From: Methanotrichaceae archaeon
GTDB taxonomy: Archaea; Halobacteriota; Methanosarcinia; Methanotrichales; Methanotrichaceae
Direction: 5' to 3'
Length of the DNA stretch: 64,000 nucleotides
NCBI GenBank assembly: GCA_963803145.1
Contig: CAWDLW010000015.1
Coordinates: 1 to 64,000, forward strand
Below the pieces are notes generated by a model. That model did not search any database. It was not told where the DNA came from and worked only from the letters and a program-made list of their open reading frames with translations. The position numbers and the translations under genes are program-made. Position 1 is the first letter of the stretch, and each line of letters opens with the position of its first letter. Of this stretch, positions 29,275 to 41,082 are shown one piece after another.

Positions 29275-30884
29275 GAAGAGGCTCCGAAGAACTTCTGCAT
29301 CATCGGATACATCTCTTGGACCTGCTCGCTGGCTATCTGCTCATAGAGCCTGTAAACTATGCTCACTGCCAGCAGTAGCCCTGTGCCTCCGGCGCTGCCC
29401 AATGTTCCAAGGCAGCTGGCGATCAGTGTTAGAAGGCCAATGATAATTCCGCCGATGACGGTGACCTTGGGTATATACCTCTCCATCAGCCGCTCGATGC
29501 TTGCCGGGTTTCTTCTGTAGCCGGGTACCTGCAGGCCAGAATTATGGATCTTCTCTGCGACGCTCTTTGCGCCCATTCCTGTGGTCTCGATCCAGAATAT
29601 GGCGAAGATTATGCCTCCAATGATCAGGAAGGCTGAATCTGTGAGCACATGCAGACCCATCTGCCAGCCTGCAATCGGTGAGAAGCCCAGCTCAGCTATT
29701 CCTGGGACGCTCTGGGATGCCAGGCTCGGTATCCAATCGCTCGGTCCGTGGATTGGAGACAGGTAGAACATGAGTCCCGATATAGGTGTTGGCGATGAAG
29801 CACTGACGGCTGCTCCTGTAGAAGTGGTGTACCGTGCTGTTGAGACAAAGGTACCCATGAGGCTGGTGTAGCCTGTATAGATCGTTGTAACTCCATTGCC
29901 CGTTACTGTGGCTGTTGTTATAGAGCCTACTTTTGCTGCCAGGAGTGCGCCGATCAACTCTATGTTAGCCTGTATTGCCCTCACAAGGATCATGGGAAGA
30001 ACGCTGGCGTAGACGAGCTTCACTGGGAACCTTCCACGTGCGCCACGCACACGGCTATGGGCGAGTGGAATCTCTATTCTCGTGGACTCGACAAATACTA
30101 CCAGTAGTATTATTAACGCTGTTGAGATGAGCGCCAGAATTCCGCCTGTGATAAATATATAATTGACGCCTTGTGCTGTAAACACCTGGTTCACGCTTAA
30201 TAGGCCTAAGCGGAAGATTTCAAACCACTTGGGGATTATTCCTACAGGCAGACCCGCATCTCCAGGAGCCCAGTTGATTAAACCCGTAACAAGCTGCTGG
30301 CTTATACCTGCAACTATGAATAGTCCAACGCCTGAGCCAACGCCCCACTTGGATACGACCTCATCCATGAATAGGATGAGTACGCCGCCTATGAAGACTT
30401 GTATGAATATTAACAGAGATATTGCGCCAAGAGGTAAGCCTAAGGTAGCGGCCAAGTTCTGATCAGGCAGTAGATATCCGCCAAGAACCTGAGGTAATGC
30501 CTCAACAGCTACCATCACGAAGACTAAAGCCTTCTGGGTGCCCTGGAAGACAGCCTGATCTCTGGGATCGCTTAGATCCAGTTTTATTATATCAGCACCC
30601 ACGAGCAGCTGCAGCACGATTGATGCAGTGACTATAGGCCCTATGCCGAGGAGCATCATGGATCCGAAGGACCCTGCGAAGAATGCCCTGTAGGCGCTAA
30701 AAAGGTCTATAGAACTCTTCGATAGCCCGAAGAGAGGTACATTTCCCAGGGCGAAGTAGAGCAGCAATATCCCGAGAGTCCAGCTGAGCTTTCTCTTGAA
30801 ATGAACGTGCCCTGTTGGGCGCTCCACGGCCGGGAGCCTGCGCACAAAGGGCTCTATCGCATAAAAGAAGCTATGCTGGTTCAT
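29271..30884 (-). CDS. secY: preprotein translocase subunit SecY
   Basis: LGIGPIVTASIVLQLL, KWGVGSG and GTGLLLAV motifs. Confidence 0.97.
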   Translation of the reverse strand: MNQHSFFYAIEPFVRRLPAVERPTGHVHFKRKLSWTLGILLLYFALGNVPLFGLSKSSIDLFSAYRAFFAGSFGSMMLLGIGPIVTASIVLQLLVGADIIKLDLSDPRDQAVFQGTQKALVFVMVAVEALPQVLGGYLLPDQNLAATLGLPLGAISLLIFIQVFIGGVLILFMDEVVSKWGVGSGVGLFIVAGISQQLVTGLINWAPGDAGLPVGIIPKWFEIFRLGLLSVNQVFTAQGVNYIFITGGILALISTALIILLVVFVESTRIEIPLAHSRVRGARGRFPVKLVYASVLPMILVRAIQANIELIGALLAAKVGSITTATVTGNGVTTIYTGYTSLMGTFVSTARYTTSTGAAVSASSPTPISGLMFYLSPIHGPSDWIPSLASQSVPGIAELGFSPIAGWQMGLHVLTDSAFLIIGGIIFAIFWIETTGMGAKSVAEKIHNSGLQVPGYRRNPASIERLMERYIPKVTVIGGIIIGLLTLIASCLGTLGSAGGTGLLLAVSIVYRLYEQIASEQVQEMYPMMQKFFGASS

Positions 30885-31258
30885 GCCACTACTGCCTGAC
30901 CACCAGCAGCCTCAATCTTACCCTTGGCCGATGCTGAGAAACTAGCGGCACTGATTGTGAGCTTCCTTGTAACTCGCCCACGGCCAAGCACCTTCATCTT
31001 GCCCAGATCGATATTTCCGTCTGTTGATGCCATCTGATCCAGCATATCCACGTTGATGACATCGATCTTCTCGCAGACGGGTTGGCGAGTGAACCCATGC
31101 TTGCCCATCTGTGTGCCGAGAAGTATTGAGCGCATGAAGTGGTGCTTGCATTTGCCCACATCCCCGCGGCCGCCTCTAGACCCGCCGCCCCGAGCATTCT
31201 TGTGCTTTCCGTGGTAGGTCCTTTGTCCCCTCTTTTCTTTAGTCTTTGGTCTAACCAT
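30881..31258 (-). CDS. rpl15: 50S ribosomal protein uL15
   Basis: RGGGSRGGRG, KVLGRG and KIEAAGG motifs. Confidence 0.92.
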   Translation of the reverse strand: MVRPKTKEKRGQRTYHGKHKNARGGGSRGGRGDVGKCKHHFMRSILLGTQMGKHGFTRQPVCEKIDVINVDMLDQMASTDGNIDLGKMKVLGRGRVTRKLTISAASFSASAKGKIEAAGGQAVVA

Positions 31259-31263
31259 TTATT

Positions 31264-31716
31264 TTACCTCATCTTAACGATAAGATCCGCTATGTCGTCG
31301 CGGAAGCCCAGATCTCCGCCTTGCCGAGCGGTCTTCTTGGTGCTCTTCAGGCCCTTTCTAGCCGGGTGCAGCCTGAAGACAGGCTTTATGCCTAGATCCT
31401 TAAGACTGACTATGCCTGAGTTCACAGCCTCAGCAAGCTCCTTTACTGAAGCGTAGCCCTTCTCTTTCAGGAACTGCTCAGTCAGGCGTCTATTTCCGCT
31501 AAGCCTTCCACGCTTCGTGAGAAGCATTGCAAGGGTCTTCTCATCGACCTTGCCCCAGGCTACATAGTCCTTTACCTTCTGTATCATGCCGCGGTAATGA
31601 GGATCTTCTTTCACGACTACACAGTGATTGATCCTGCTGATTCGCAGCATATCCAGAGTATCTCTTATCTCCGGCCTGGTATTTACCTCGCCTCTGAGCC
31701 TCACTATGGCAAACAT
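31264..31716 (-). CDS. rpl30: 50S ribosomal protein uL30
   Basis: AIVRLRG and VFRLHP motifs. Confidence 0.93.
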   Translation of the reverse strand: MFAIVRLRGEVNTRPEIRDTLDMLRISRINHCVVVKEDPHYRGMIQKVKDYVAWGKVDEKTLAMLLTKRGRLSGNRRLTEQFLKEKGYASVKELAEAVNSGIVSLKDLGIKPVFRLHPARKGLKSTKKTARQGGDLGFRDDIADLIVKMR

Positions 31717-31718
31717 GG

Positions 31719-32363
31719 TCAGGCCCTCACTGTTATAGTGTTTAGTAGCGCATTGTAAGTAGCTTTGGCAAAGTTAAGCGTAGTCCTTGTGGAACCTTCT
31801 GTCCTTGTCCACACATCCCTTATGCCGGCCATATCCATGACCTTTTTGGCTGTATCGCCTGCTGCGATACCAAGCCCGCGTGGCGCCGGCAGGAGGTATA
31901 TCCTGACGGATCCGGCCTCACCCATGACCTCATAAGGCACTGTATGGGCCTGACCGCAGCCGCACTCCCATGAGCCGCATCCTCGCTTGATCTTGAGCAG
32001 ATTCAGCTTGGCATTATCTATGCCCTTCTTGATAGCCGCTCCGACCTGGACGTCCTTACCCTCGCCGAGTCCAATGTAACCATCTTTGTTGCCTACGATC
32101 ACTGTGGTTCTGAACTTGACCCTTCTTCCTGAGTCGGTCATCCGCTGCACCATGTTGATGTCCAGAACCTCATCTTCCAGTCCCGGAACGAGCGCATCGA
32201 TAAGCCCGGATTCCTTTACAGGCAGCCCTGATTTAATTGCCTCGTCAAAGGTTGTCACCTGGCCGTCATATACGAGCTTGCCAAGTCTAGTCTTGGGGAC
32301 CCATTCCGCTTGGTAATAATCACGCTTCTGCTTCTGCTTATCTCTCTGTCCTCTCTGAACCAT
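31719..32363 (-). CDS. rps5: 30S ribosomal protein uS5
   Basis: [19 protein letters not shown] and RGCGSWEC motifs. Confidence 0.95.
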   Translation of the reverse strand: MVQRGQRDKQKQKRDYYQAEWVPKTRLGKLVYDGQVTTFDEAIKSGLPVKESGLIDALVPGLEDEVLDINMVQRMTDSGRRVKFRTTVIVGNKDGYIGLGEGKDVQVGAAIKKGIDNAKLNLLKIKRGCGSWECGCGQAHTVPYEVMGEAGSVRIYLLPAPRGLGIAAGDTAKKVMDMAGIRDVWTRTEGSTRTTLNFAKATYNALLNTITVRA

Positions 32364-32367
32364 GGTC

Positions 32368-32886
32368 TCACCCCAATATTTTCTCCTTGGCGGCCTCGAA
32401 TTGGGCCACGATGTCCTTCTTTGTATACTCTTTTATATGTTCGCCACGAATCCTGTCATCTTCCGGGAATATCTCTGGGCTATGGGGCAGATCTATTCCG
32501 GCATCCACGACGCCCTTGATGGCCGCATAGACCCTTCCTCCTTTTGTGGATGAGTGAAGGCCAATGTCCGCCACACCAACGCTTTGTCCCATGGCCAGCA
32601 TCTTCTTTCCGAAGAGAAGGCCTGTGAGGTATGCTGCCGGCAGGTTGCCTGTTGCAAAGGTATATCCGAAGTCCTTAAGCTCCATGGAGTTTACAGTCAG
32701 AAGTGTCTTGTCGCCCAAAGCTTCAGCGATCACAAGCTGAATCATTGTATTAGCGTTACTTTTCCTGACCACTACTCTAGGTTTCTTTGATAGTATAAGT
32801 TTGTATCTTACGTGATAATTGGTTCTGCCCTCTCTCCGTCTTCTGAAGGGCACTTTGTATCTAGGTCCGGTTGCCAAATTATTCAC
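32368..32886 (-). CDS. rpl18: 50S ribosomal protein uL18
   Basis: [20 protein letters not shown]. Confidence 0.95.
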   Translation of the reverse strand: MNNLATGPRYKVPFRRRREGRTNYHVRYKLILSKKPRVVVRKSNANTMIQLVIAEALGDKTLLTVNSMELKDFGYTFATGNLPAAYLTGLLFGKKMLAMGQSVGVADIGLHSSTKGGRVYAAIKGVVDAGIDLPHSPEIFPEDDRIRGEHIKEYTKKDIVAQFEAAKEKILG

Positions 32887-33349
32887 CTCTGGCTAACCCT
32901 TTAGTCTTGATATAGGCATTGAGATGCGCCGTGCTTCTGTATTCTCCGCCCTTGGACTTTCGATAAAGCATCCTGTAGGTATGCCTATCGATTTGATCAG
33001 TTTCGCGAAGCTCAGTGAGCCTCTTCCGCAAAGCGCGAATTTTAGCCATCCACTGCTCTTTGCGCGGAGATCGTGCTCCCTTGGCTCCTTTCCGATGACC
33101 ATACCCTTTTCTATGGCCATAGGCGCGTGCTTCTGCACGCGCTCTGAAGCGTGCTCGACTGTTGCCCTTCTTTGGCTTGGATTTTATGTTTCCAGTCTCG
33201 ATCTGGGCGCGAATATCTTCTCTGGTTATAGCATCAGCTATATCGCCTGCTGCCTCTGAATCAGGATTGATCCAGACACGGCTTTCGCCTACATTCAGCT
33301 CAGATGCTGCAAGCCTTCGCTGTGTAGTGAAGTCTGACATCTCAGGCAC
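32879..33349 (-). CDS. rpl19e: 50S ribosomal protein eL19
   Basis: QRRLAA..GESRVW and AITREDIR motifs. Confidence 0.95.
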   Translation of the reverse strand: MPEMSDFTTQRRLAASELNVGESRVWINPDSEAAGDIADAITREDIRAQIETGNIKSKPKKGNSRARFRARAEARAYGHRKGYGHRKGAKGARSPRKEQWMAKIRALRKRLTELRETDQIDRHTYRMLYRKSKGGEYRSTAHLNAYIKTKGLARGE

Positions 33350-33731
33350 CTACCTTGGGATTCAAAATCTTCAGGCTCATCTCTGTGGCCTTAGCCTGTA
33401 TTTCCAGGCGCTTCTTCATTCCAACTGCCGAGGATATGCGAACCGCATAGCCCTGGGCGTTCTCTAAATCGTGGATATTGCTTACCAATATTTCCCTAAA
33501 GCCAGAAGGATGAAACCCTCGTACAGACTTTGGGCTTCCATATCCCGGCCGAACGAGCCTGCCCTTGGCAGCAATCCCCGATCTAAGTTTATTGTGTAGG
33601 CCCACTGGCTTACGCCAGCTTATGGGGAGCCTCTTCTTCTTATGTGAATCATGACGGTTGAAATCAGGCTTCTTTGCCTTCTGTCTAGCCCTGATCTTCA
33701 GCAACTTATCTGCCACTGATATCACCTTCAC
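33342..33731 (-). CDS. rpl32e: 50S ribosomal protein eL32
   Basis: KKPDFNR..WRKPVG and RGFHPSG motifs. Confidence 0.95.
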   Translation of the reverse strand: MKVISVADKLLKIRARQKAKKPDFNRHDSHKKKRLPISWRKPVGLHNKLRSGIAAKGRLVRPGYGSPKSVRGFHPSGFREILVSNIHDLENAQGYAVRISSAVGMKKRLEIQAKATEMSLKILNPKVGA

Positions 33732-34258
33732 CTTTTCTCCACCAGGTATACACCGTCTTGGAATACCCGGATATCGAACCCACGCACTCTCGTCGCCTGC
33801 TCAATGTTGGCCATGGTCTGGCCGACATTCTCTTTATTGATTCCAGTGATCACTAGCTCATCCTTATTGATCTCGACTTTGACTCCGTCCAGGATTTTTG
33901 CTGATCGAGCATTTCTCTCGCCAAGGAAGTTGTTTATAGCAACCACTCCAGGATTCGCTTTGATCTGTATTGGGAAGTGCGAATAGACTGCTTTCATCCT
34001 GTACTCATAACCCTTCGTGACACCTAAGACCATGTTTTTGATATGTGCCTCAAGGGTTCCCACCATTGCCCTCTGCTGCTTCCTATCGACACTGGAATTC
34101 ACTATCAGGCTGGAATCAACTTTTTTAATCTCTATATGCGGATAATAGAGCCTTCTGGAGATCTGTCCCTTTGGGCCCTTCACAGTCACAGTATAGCGAT
34201 CAATGGCGATATCCACACCTTCAGGGATCTCTATCTCTCGTGCTATCTCTTTAACCAT
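33728..34258 (-). CDS. rpl6: 50S ribosomal protein uL6
   Basis: IEIPEGV, YSHFPI and DIRVFQDGVY motifs; start set to the ATG at 34258. Confidence 0.95.
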   Translation of the reverse strand: MVKEIAREIEIPEGVDIAIDRYTVTVKGPKGQISRRLYYPHIEIKKVDSSLIVNSSVDRKQQRAMVGTLEAHIKNMVLGVTKGYEYRMKAVYSHFPIQIKANPGVVAINNFLGERNARSAKILDGVKVEINKDELVITGINKENVGQTMANIEQATRVRGFDIRVFQDGVYLVEKR

Positions 34259-34266
34259 GAGACCAC

Positions 34267-34665
34267 CTAATAAACATAGGCTAGCAACTGCCCGCCAAGT
34301 GATTGAGACCTGGCATCGGTATGGGCCATGACGCCCTTGTTGGTGCTCAGTATCAGCAGGCCGAAGTTTCTGGCCGGAAGATATCGCTTCTCCCATTTCT
34401 CTAACTCAGTCACCTTGGTGGCGAACCTTGGCTTTATAACGCCGCATCGGTTGATCCTGCCAAGTAGCTTTACCTTGAACATCCCCGACTTTCCGTCATC
34501 TATGAACTCAAACTCGCCGATATATCCTCTGTCGGCTATCACTTTCAGAGTTCTGCCAACTAGCTTGGAGGCCGGGTGAATAATACATTCGGGCTTGCCT
34601 ACGCTCTCTGCGTTCTTTATCACAGACATAGCATCGGCCAGCGGATCCAATAACAATTTGATCAC
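34267..34665 (-). CDS. rps8: 30S ribosomal protein uS8
   Basis: LDPLADAM and GGQLLAYVY motifs. Confidence 0.95.
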   Translation of the reverse strand: MIKLLLDPLADAMSVIKNAESVGKPECIIHPASKLVGRTLKVIADRGYIGEFEFIDDGKSGMFKVKLLGRINRCGVIKPRFATKVTELEKWEKRYLPARNFGLLILSTNKGVMAHTDARSQSLGGQLLAYVY

Positions 34666-34818
34666 CTACGAATATTTCTCGAAGCCCATCTCAGGGGCGA
34701 CCTCTCTAAAGCACTGCCTGCAGAGGTATATTCCATACTTTCTGACAAGTCCGTTTCTACGGCCACAGCGTTTGCAGCTATTTGCGCCCCTTCCAAAGAT
34801 CTTCTTGCCTTTCTTCAT
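34666..34818 (-). CDS. rps14: 30S ribosomal protein uS14 (zinc finger)
   Basis: Manually translated [20 protein letters not shown]...[16 protein letters not shown]. Confidence 0.93.
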   Translation of the reverse strand: MKKGKKIFGRGANSCKRCGRRNGLVRKYGIYLCRQCFREVAPEMGFEKYS

Positions 34819-35333
34819 GCTGCTGCCTCCAAGATCTCTACGCCAAACTTCTTATGAACAAATTCCATTGTATCAGCTTTGTTGAGCCTTTGTCTGATAG
34901 GAAGCTTCTTCTGGGCGACACGTCTTCTGGCAATCCTGTAGCCTGCCCTCTTCATGGCGACAGATACATCCATTCCAAAGATGCCTATCTCAGGATCGTA
35001 CCTCATCCCTGGGAAGTCCGTATGCTCCTCTATCCCAAAAGAGAAGTTTCCCTGCTCATCGAACTGGCCCTTTTTCAGGCTGCTTCCTGCGGCCTTCAAG
35101 GCTATGGACAGGAAATCCTCAGCGGCCTTTCCGCGAAGCGTGAGCTTTGCACCTATTGGCTCATTCTTCTTTATCCCGAAGTTGGGAAGGGTCTTTTTGG
35201 CGATCGAACGAACTGGCGATTGGTGAGTTATCTGCTTGAGAATTGTCTCAGCATTGACGAGCCTCTGGCCGCTTTCTCCGACACCAACATGGACTACCAC
35301 TTTGTCTATGCGGGGCTCAAGCATTACATTCAT
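34815..35333 (-). CDS. rpl5: 50S ribosomal protein uL5
   Basis: [12 protein letters not shown] and FSFGIEEH motifs. Confidence 0.95.
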   Translation of the reverse strand: MNVMLEPRIDKVVVHVGVGESGQRLVNAETILKQITHQSPVRSIAKKTLPNFGIKKNEPIGAKLTLRGKAAEDFLSIALKAAGSSLKKGQFDEQGNFSFGIEEHTDFPGMRYDPEIGIFGMDVSVAMKRAGYRIARRRVAQKKLPIRQRLNKADTMEFVHKKFGVEILEAAA

Positions 35334-36040
35334 CTAATTGCCCCCAGCTTTATCATAGGCTCATCCCTGCCGATCATGTAGACATAATCGGTAATCGTCT
35401 CGAACTCCTTCTCTTTATCCCCTGTTATTACAATTCTATTGGGTTGGGAGCTCTTCATGATTATGATATTCTTGATCTTTCCGATCTGGCCTGTATGCTT
35501 TCCGCCGATAACCATTGCAGTATTTCCGACTTTGAACTCGATTCTTTCCTCGATGTTTCTATCAGGTATGGATAGAATCAATGAATCGCTTCCCTTGAAC
35601 TCGCCCTCGGCAAGCTTATTTGATCCATCGGATAGATTGAGCTGCTGCTTATTTCCCTTCAGCATGGTCTTGTCTACGATCTTAACCAGCTTCTTAGCAT
35701 CGCCTTGCTCGATGGGGCTTAGGTAGAACATGCCTCGGGTATCCTTCAGTGCTCTATACTGCTGGTTTAGCAGTGGAACGGAGATGATATCGAACATGCC
35801 GATGGGCAGCTTATAGTCCTTCTTTACATTTCCGTCTACCAGCAACTTGCCCTCATAAAGGATCCTCTTAGCCTCACGTGCATTATCGGCAAGCTTGAGC
35901 ATATCCCTAATAACAGTCAGGAGGGGGATGCTATTCTCGGCCGAATGTGGACCGGGGCTGCTTTTTGCCACCCACTGATGATTCTTCCTGTGTATCGGCC
36001 AGCTTCTTGGAACCGTTATTCTCTTCTGATGCCTGCTCAT
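35330..36040 (-). CDS. rps4e: 30S ribosomal protein eS4
   Basis: HQKR..PRSWPI.RK and PGPH motifs. Confidence 0.95.
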   Translation of the reverse strand: MSRHQKRITVPRSWPIHRKNHQWVAKSSPGPHSAENSIPLLTVIRDMLKLADNAREAKRILYEGKLLVDGNVKKDYKLPIGMFDIISVPLLNQQYRALKDTRGMFYLSPIEQGDAKKLVKIVDKTMLKGNKQQLNLSDGSNKLAEGEFKGSDSLILSIPDRNIEERIEFKVGNTAMVIGGKHTGQIGKIKNIIIMKSSQPNRIVITGDKEKEFETITDYVYMIGRDEPMIKLGAIR

Positions 36041-36408
36041 TGCGATCGCCTCGCAAAGATCTTTTCCCGCTCCTCGTCTTCCAGGTCCAGTTTCGTTATC
36101 ACCACATTGGAGGGATGTATTGGCCTTGGAACCTCTGTACCGTCTGCGCGGAAGTTGCTCACTCCGTGGACCTTAATGGTGCACTTTTTCAGGCTTACTT
36201 CCTCTACTTCGCCCTCAGTGCCCGCATTGTCTCCGCGTAGCACCTTGACTGTATCGCCCTTGCGCACCTGAGCGTTCCTTTTCTTGAGCTCCTCACGTAA
36301 GTCTTTGCTCAGGGGAGCGCGCATATACTTCTGCCTAAGATGCAGAGGTGCATTATATCGCTCTTTACGCTGTTTGCGTGGCTGTTTACTATTCATAATA
36401 ATCATCAC
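36037..36408 (-). CDS. rpl24: 50S ribosomal protein uL24
   Basis: SKQPRKQRK and IHPSNV motifs. Confidence 0.95.
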   Translation of the reverse strand: MMIIMNSKQPRKQRKERYNAPLHLRQKYMRAPLSKDLREELKKRNAQVRKGDTVKVLRGDNAGTEGEVEEVSLKKCTIKVHGVSNFRADGTEVPRPIHPSNVVITKLDLEDEEREKIFARRSQ

Positions 36409-36803
36409 ACTATCATGGATGCCGCAGATGCAATCTTTCCAAAGCGCTCAGCCACCTCACGAGCCACAGGTCCCTTAACCTCAGAGCCTTTGGGCACACC
36501 ATCATCATCTACAATAACTGCGGCGTTATCCTCAAAGCTCACCCTTAGGCCATCGGGTCTTCTGAACTCCTTCTTCTGGCGGATGATCACTGCCTTGAAC
36601 ATCTGCTTGCGCATCTCTGGGGTTCCTTTCTTCACAGATACTACTACCATATCTCCGATTCCCGCACAGGGCATTCGGTTCTTTGCGCCGCGGTATTTTG
36701 TTACCGCTATGACGAATAGCGTTCGCGCACCTGTATTGTCAACGCAGTCCAGGTATGCGCCAGTGTTGATCGCCCTTGGAATCTTGGCCTTATGTCCTTT
36801 CAT
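36405..36803 (-). CDS. rpl14: 50S ribosomal protein uL14
   Basis: CVDNTGA and FEDNAAVI motifs. Confidence 0.96.
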   Translation of the reverse strand: MKGHKAKIPRAINTGAYLDCVDNTGARTLFVIAVTKYRGAKNRMPCAGIGDMVVVSVKKGTPEMRKQMFKAVIIRQKKEFRRPDGLRVSFEDNAAVIVDDDGVPKGSEVKGPVAREVAERFGKIASAASMIV

Positions 36804-37129
36804 CTCAGCACCTCTACCACAACGTAGGCTTTGGTCTTGCTGAGAGGCCTACACTCCGCTATTTTGACCTGATCCCCCGCTTTAGCGTCTATACATGGCG
36901 GGTTATGTGCGTGAATCTTGGATCTTCTCTTTTCAAATCGCTCAAACTTTGTATCTTTCTTCTCGAACTCGCGTAATACCACCACGGTGCTCTCCATCTT
37001 ATCGCTGACCACTTTGCAATCGAAGACCTGGCCGCGGACAGGGAGGCTGCCATGGAAGGGACAATTCGGGTCGTTGCAGGCCTTCTCCGGCGCTTTCACG
37101 TCCAGTCCGATATCCCTCATAACTTCCAC
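36800..37129 (-). CDS. rps17: 30S ribosomal protein uS17
   Basis: CPFHG and ECRPLSKTK motifs. Confidence 0.95.
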   Translation of the reverse strand: MEVMRDIGLDVKAPEKACNDPNCPFHGSLPVRGQVFDCKVVSDKMESTVVVLREFEKKDTKFERFEKRRSKIHAHNPPCIDAKAGDQVKIAECRPLSKTKAYVVVEVLR

Positions 37130-37410
37130 CTCGTTCTCTGAATTCTCTTGTTTATTCTGTTCTCAGGCTGTGAGATCAAGATCGAGCCCATGATCTTCAA
37201 CCTCTGCCCCTCGGGCAAGTCGAAGATCAAGCTCGTGTTCTTCTTAGGGATGCGCTTGATGCCTTGCATAGTCTCCAAAAGGAACATGTTCCTGGTCTCA
37301 TCCACAATGCAGCCGGAGAGGCCAGCCTGGCCTGGATCCGTGCTATCTGCCACAGTAACCCTAAAGCCAATTAGCTCGTGCCTTGCTATATTCTCCGGAT
37401 TTAAGCTCAC
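37117..37410 (-). CDS. rnp1: ribonuclease P protein component 1 (Rpp29)
   Basis: HELIG and G.IVDETRN motifs. Confidence 0.9.
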   Translation of the reverse strand: MSLNPENIARHELIGFRVTVADSTDPGQAGLSGCIVDETRNMFLLETMQGIKRIPKKNTSLIFDLPEGQRLKIMGSILISQPENRINKRIQRTRWKL

Positions 37411-37607
37411 TTTTTGCGCTCCGTCTGGACAGTTTTAATCCTGGCAATCGTCCTCCGAATATCCTTGATCCTTCCAGGCTTCTCGGGCGCACCACCTGCT
37501 ACGACTATGCCTCTCTCCCGGATAAGATCGGTCTCTAGCTTGCGGAGTTCCTCGGCAACCTCTTCCTCACTCATATTCCTGATTTCATCGATCCTGAATA
37601 TCGCCAT
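37407..37607 (-). CDS. rpl29: 50S ribosomal protein uL29
   Basis: [16 protein letters not shown]. Confidence 0.93.
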   Translation of the reverse strand: MAIFRIDEIRNMSEEEVAEELRKLETDLIRERGIVVAGGAPEKPGRIKDIRRTIARIKTVQTERKK

Positions 37608-37613
37608 TTAAGA

Positions 37614-38453
37614 TCACTCCGCGGGTTTGCTCTCTTCCGGCTCTTCGGAGGGAGTTGATTCTGGTGCTGTCTCTTCTGCCTTCGGAGGCTCCTCAACGGT
37701 TGCACTCTCTGTAGAGGGTTCCGCTTCCAAAAGCTGGTCGAGCTCGCTCTTCTTCTCAGGCACAGCTGTAGCAGGTGCTGGCACAGTCTCAGGTACAGTT
37801 GCGGGTGCTATTGGAGCCGCAATCTCTGCTGGCTTCTCCAGTAACTCAGGCGGTGCCTGGGGCGGTACGATCTGGAACTGATCCGGCGGCCTTGTATCAG
37901 GGGGTATTATCCTAACTTGGCACCCGATCACACCCAGCTTTTTGATGGCAATTGAATAGCCCTTATCAACGATATCATCTGCAGGTTTTCCCGAGTGTTT
38001 GATGTATCCTGCGATGAACTTTTCAGAGCGTGATCTGGGACCTGTCAGCTTGCCGCTTATTATTATCTCACAGCCTAAGGCTCCAGCATCCATAACCCTG
38101 CGGAGCATGGACTGTCCCGCCTTGCGGAAGTACCAGCCGCGCTCGAGAGAGCTTGCGAGCCTGTTGGCGACGACTTGACCATTCAGGTCTCCCTTGCCGA
38201 CGTCCTGCACATCTATCTGTGGATTATCAAGGTGGAACTTGCGATCAAGGTCTCGAGTTATCTTTCTGATCAGCTTGCCGCCTTTTCCGATAACCATTCC
38301 CGGCTTCTCTGCATAGACGGTTATTTGCGTGCCCATGGGGGTTCTGTTCATCACCATGCCACCATATCCTGCCCTCTCAAGCTCCTCTGCCAGGTACTCG
38401 TGGACAAGGGCCTTGGTGATTCCCTCCTGCACGAACTTCTTCTCGACGGCCAT
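37614..38453 (-). CDS. rps3: 30S ribosomal protein uS3 (acidic Pro/Glu tail)
   Basis: [11 protein letters not shown] domain; [10 protein letters not shown]. Confidence 0.96.
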   Translation of the reverse strand: MAVEKKFVQEGITKALVHEYLAEELERAGYGGMVMNRTPMGTQITVYAEKPGMVIGKGGKLIRKITRDLDRKFHLDNPQIDVQDVGKGDLNGQVVANRLASSLERGWYFRKAGQSMLRRVMDAGALGCEIIISGKLTGPRSRSEKFIAGYIKHSGKPADDIVDKGYSIAIKKLGVIGCQVRIIPPDTRPPDQFQIVPPQAPPELLEKPAEIAAPIAPATVPETVPAPATAVPEKKSELDQLLEAEPSTESATVEEPPKAEETAPESTPSEEPEESKPAE

Positions 38454-38920
38454 CAGCTCTTCACCTCTGTCAGGATCAGTTCTACCGATACTGTTTCAGT
38501 ATTCTTGGGTGTGGCACGTCCCATTGCCCTCGGCATCCATCCTCGGATCGTCCTGCCTTTCAAAGCGCCAGCATGGTAGATCTTGAGATTCTCTGATTCA
38601 AGGCCCTTGTATTCTGCGTTTGCCATGGCGTTCTTGAGAACCTCGAGCACTGCTTTGGCACACTTCTGCGGATATCGACCTGCATCGGCTCCCACTAAAC
38701 CGTGCCTATGGGCAACGTTTCTCCGATATCGCCTGAATGGAACGGCCCTCTTCAAGGCGATCACATCCTCCAGAAAGGTCTCTGCGTTCTTGACGCGCAT
38801 GCCTCTCAGGCTTCTGCAGATCTCACGAGTTGCTTTGGGTGAGATGTGAAACTCCATACCCATTGCCCTTGAAGAGCGTCCTGCAGGCGTAAGCGAATAG
38901 TTTAGTCTTCCCACTTTCAC
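38453..38920 (-). CDS. rpl22: 50S ribosomal protein uL22
   Basis: GRYPQK and PRAMGRA motifs. Confidence 0.95.
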   Translation of the reverse strand: MKVGRLNYSLTPAGRSSRAMGMEFHISPKATREICRSLRGMRVKNAETFLEDVIALKRAVPFRRYRRNVAHRHGLVGADAGRYPQKCAKAVLEVLKNAMANAEYKGLESENLKIYHAGALKGRTIRGWMPRAMGRATPKNTETVSVELILTEVKS

Positions 38921-38923
38921 ACC

Positions 38924-39343
38924 TCACTTCAGCGGCACATACTTGCTCGATCTAGTCGCACCAACACCGGCAGCGCCATGCTGGACTCTGCCTCTTGTGA
39001 GCGCGAACTCGCCGAGGTAATGTCCTATCATCTCAGGAATTATCTCGACCTTCTCGAATGCCTTGCCGTTATGTACCTCAACGCTTTTTCCAACCATCTC
39101 CGGGAACACAAGCATATCCCTGATATGCGTTCTGACTGACTCCTTCTTCCGTGTATCAGTCAAGAGCTTTTTATGTTCCTTGGATAATCCTCTTTTTATC
39201 GTTCTGCGCTGCCGTGCCGGAAGCAACTCGGCAAGCTCCTCTATGCTCAGCTTTGAGAGGTCGGATACCTTCCGGCCTCTGTATAAGAACTCTTCCTTCC
39301 TCTTCGGAAGCTTGGATCCTGATTTCTTAGCCAAACTTACCAC
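38924..39343 (-). CDS. rps19: 30S ribosomal protein uS19
   Basis: GHYLGEFA and [11 protein letters not shown] motifs. Confidence 0.96.
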   Translation of the reverse strand: MVSLAKKSGSKLPKRKEEFLYRGRKVSDLSKLSIEELAELLPARQRRTIKRGLSKEHKKLLTDTRKKESVRTHIRDMLVFPEMVGKSVEVHNGKAFEKVEIIPEMIGHYLGEFALTRGRVQHGAAGVGATRSSKYVPLK

Positions 39344-40066
39344 CTAGCGCTTGCCGGTTCTCCTCGCGGCTATCGATCCTACCTTTCGCCCTGGGGGCGT
39401 GTTCCTGCTGCAGGTCTTTGGCCTGCCGGGGTGCTGACGCCCGCCGCCACCGAAGGGATGGTCTACGGCGTTCATTGCAACACCTCTGACTATGGGCCAC
39501 TTCTTGGCCTTGGATTGGAACTTGAAGAAGCTCTTCCCTGCCTTGACTAAGGGCTTATCAAGCCTTCCGCCTCCCGATACAACGCCTATTGTAGCTAGGC
39601 ATTTGGGGTTGAGCCATTTCATTTCTCCGCTAGGGAGCTGAACAACTGTGGCTCTGGCGTCGTGTGCCACAAGAATTGCACACACACCTGATGATCGAGC
39701 GAACTGGCCGCCATGTCCAGGCTGCGACTCGACGTTGCAGATCGGCACACCCTCAGGAATCTCAGCAAGAGGCAAAGTATTGCCAGGCTCGATTGGAGCT
39801 GATATGCCGCATGCGATCTCCTGGCCAATGTACATACCCTCTGGAACGAGGATGTACCTCTCCTCGTCATTGTCCAGAGCGACGAGGGCTACGGGCGCGC
39901 TCCTGGCAGGGTCGCGCATTATATCCAGCACAATGCCCTTGATGGTCTGCTTCTCATCAACCTTGATGTGAACGATGTCTGCTCTGTACCTGTGAGAGGG
40001 TGCCCTGTATGTGGGCGTTCCTTTTCCTCTATTCTGAGATATAAGTCGATGTCCCATAAAACCCAC
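39344..40066 (-). CDS. rpl2: 50S ribosomal protein uL2
   Basis: RGVAMNAVDHPFGGG. Confidence 0.97.
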   Translation of the reverse strand: MGFMGHRLISQNRGKGTPTYRAPSHRYRADIVHIKVDEKQTIKGIVLDIMRDPARSAPVALVALDNDEERYILVPEGMYIGQEIACGISAPIEPGNTLPLAEIPEGVPICNVESQPGHGGQFARSSGVCAILVAHDARATVVQLPSGEMKWLNPKCLATIGVVSGGGRLDKPLVKAGKSFFKFQSKAKKWPIVRGVAMNAVDHPFGGGGRQHPGRPKTCSRNTPPGRKVGSIAARRTGKR

Positions 40067-40315
40067 CTACAGCAATCCTAACCTGGTCGCAAGCTCGTTC
40101 GCACTACCCTCTTTGATCAATTTGACGACCGCCTTCTTATCACCACGGGAGGTGATCATTGTCCTGACAGAGGCGATCTGAATGTCATAAAGTTCCTCGA
40201 GGGCCTTCTTAATCTCCGGCTTTGTGGCTCTCATGTCCACAAGAAACTCGAGCGTATTCTCGGAGTCGATCATGCCGGTGACCTTCTCAGTGATATAAGG
40301 ACTTTTAATAATCAT
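40067..40315 (-). CDS. rpl23: 50S ribosomal protein uL23
   Basis: P.ITEK, ATKPEIK and KKAVVKL motifs. Confidence 0.93.
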   Translation of the reverse strand: MIIKSPYITEKVTGMIDSENTLEFLVDMRATKPEIKKALEELYDIQIASVRTMITSRGDKKAVVKLIKEGSANELATRLGLL

Positions 40316-41082
40316 TTATTTGTCTCCTGGCTCTTTTCATTCAACCTCTGCAAAGATGCCTCAGTCCAGATTGTGAGCCTACCGGCCTTCGTTCCAGGAG
40401 CGAGCAGCTCTGCATTCAGCTTCTCTACAGTAACGAAATCTACGCCAGGAAGGTTTCTCGCTGCTTTCCCTATGCCTTGATCCTGGGCTGTGACTATGAG
40501 CAAGCTCTTTCTGTTCTTGTATTTCCTTCCTCTCATCTTTCCGCGGCCTGCTCGTATGTTCCTGCCGATCTTGGCTCTTTCAACATCGCTCCAAAGGCCT
40601 GCTGCAACAAGGAATTTTCTGACATCAGCAGTCTTTGTGAGAGTCTCGATATCATTCTGGGCTACCACAGGCAGCTCGCGCTCGAATCTGTGTCCCCTGG
40701 CAGCGACTAGTTCCTTGGAGGCGGTTGCTGCTATCGCAGAGCGAATAGCCTTACGCCTTTCTTTTATGTTGATCTTCTCCGACCTGTCCGCGTTCGGCTG
40801 GGGTGCATGCGATCTTCTTCCGCCCTTTGCCTGGGGTATACCTGCAGCCCTTCTTCCATTGACAACCCTCGGAACTCTGGAGACGCCATGTCCCGGTCCC
40901 CATGATCGAGCTGAGGTGTTCATTCCGGCATAGAAGTGAGGACCGTACGGCTGGAGCCTGTTGGCTTGGGCAGAGAGAACGGCCCTCTTGATCAGGTCAG
41001 GCCTGAACTCCTCCTCAAAGGTGGATGGAAGCTCGACCTCTCCGACAGTATTTCCAGATAAATCAATAACGTTTGCCTTCAT
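40312..41082 (-). CDS. rpl4: 50S ribosomal protein uL4
   Basis: [13 protein letters not shown] and LAPG..AGRLTIW motifs. Confidence 0.96.
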   Translation of the reverse strand: MKANVIDLSGNTVGEVELPSTFEEEFRPDLIKRAVLSAQANRLQPYGPHFYAGMNTSARSWGPGHGVSRVPRVVNGRRAAGIPQAKGGRRSHAPQPNADRSEKINIKERRKAIRSAIAATASKELVAARGHRFERELPVVAQNDIETLTKTADVRKFLVAAGLWSDVERAKIGRNIRAGRGKMRGRKYKNRKSLLIVTAQDQGIGKAARNLPGVDFVTVEKLNAELLAPGTKAGRLTIWTEASLQRLNEKSQETNK

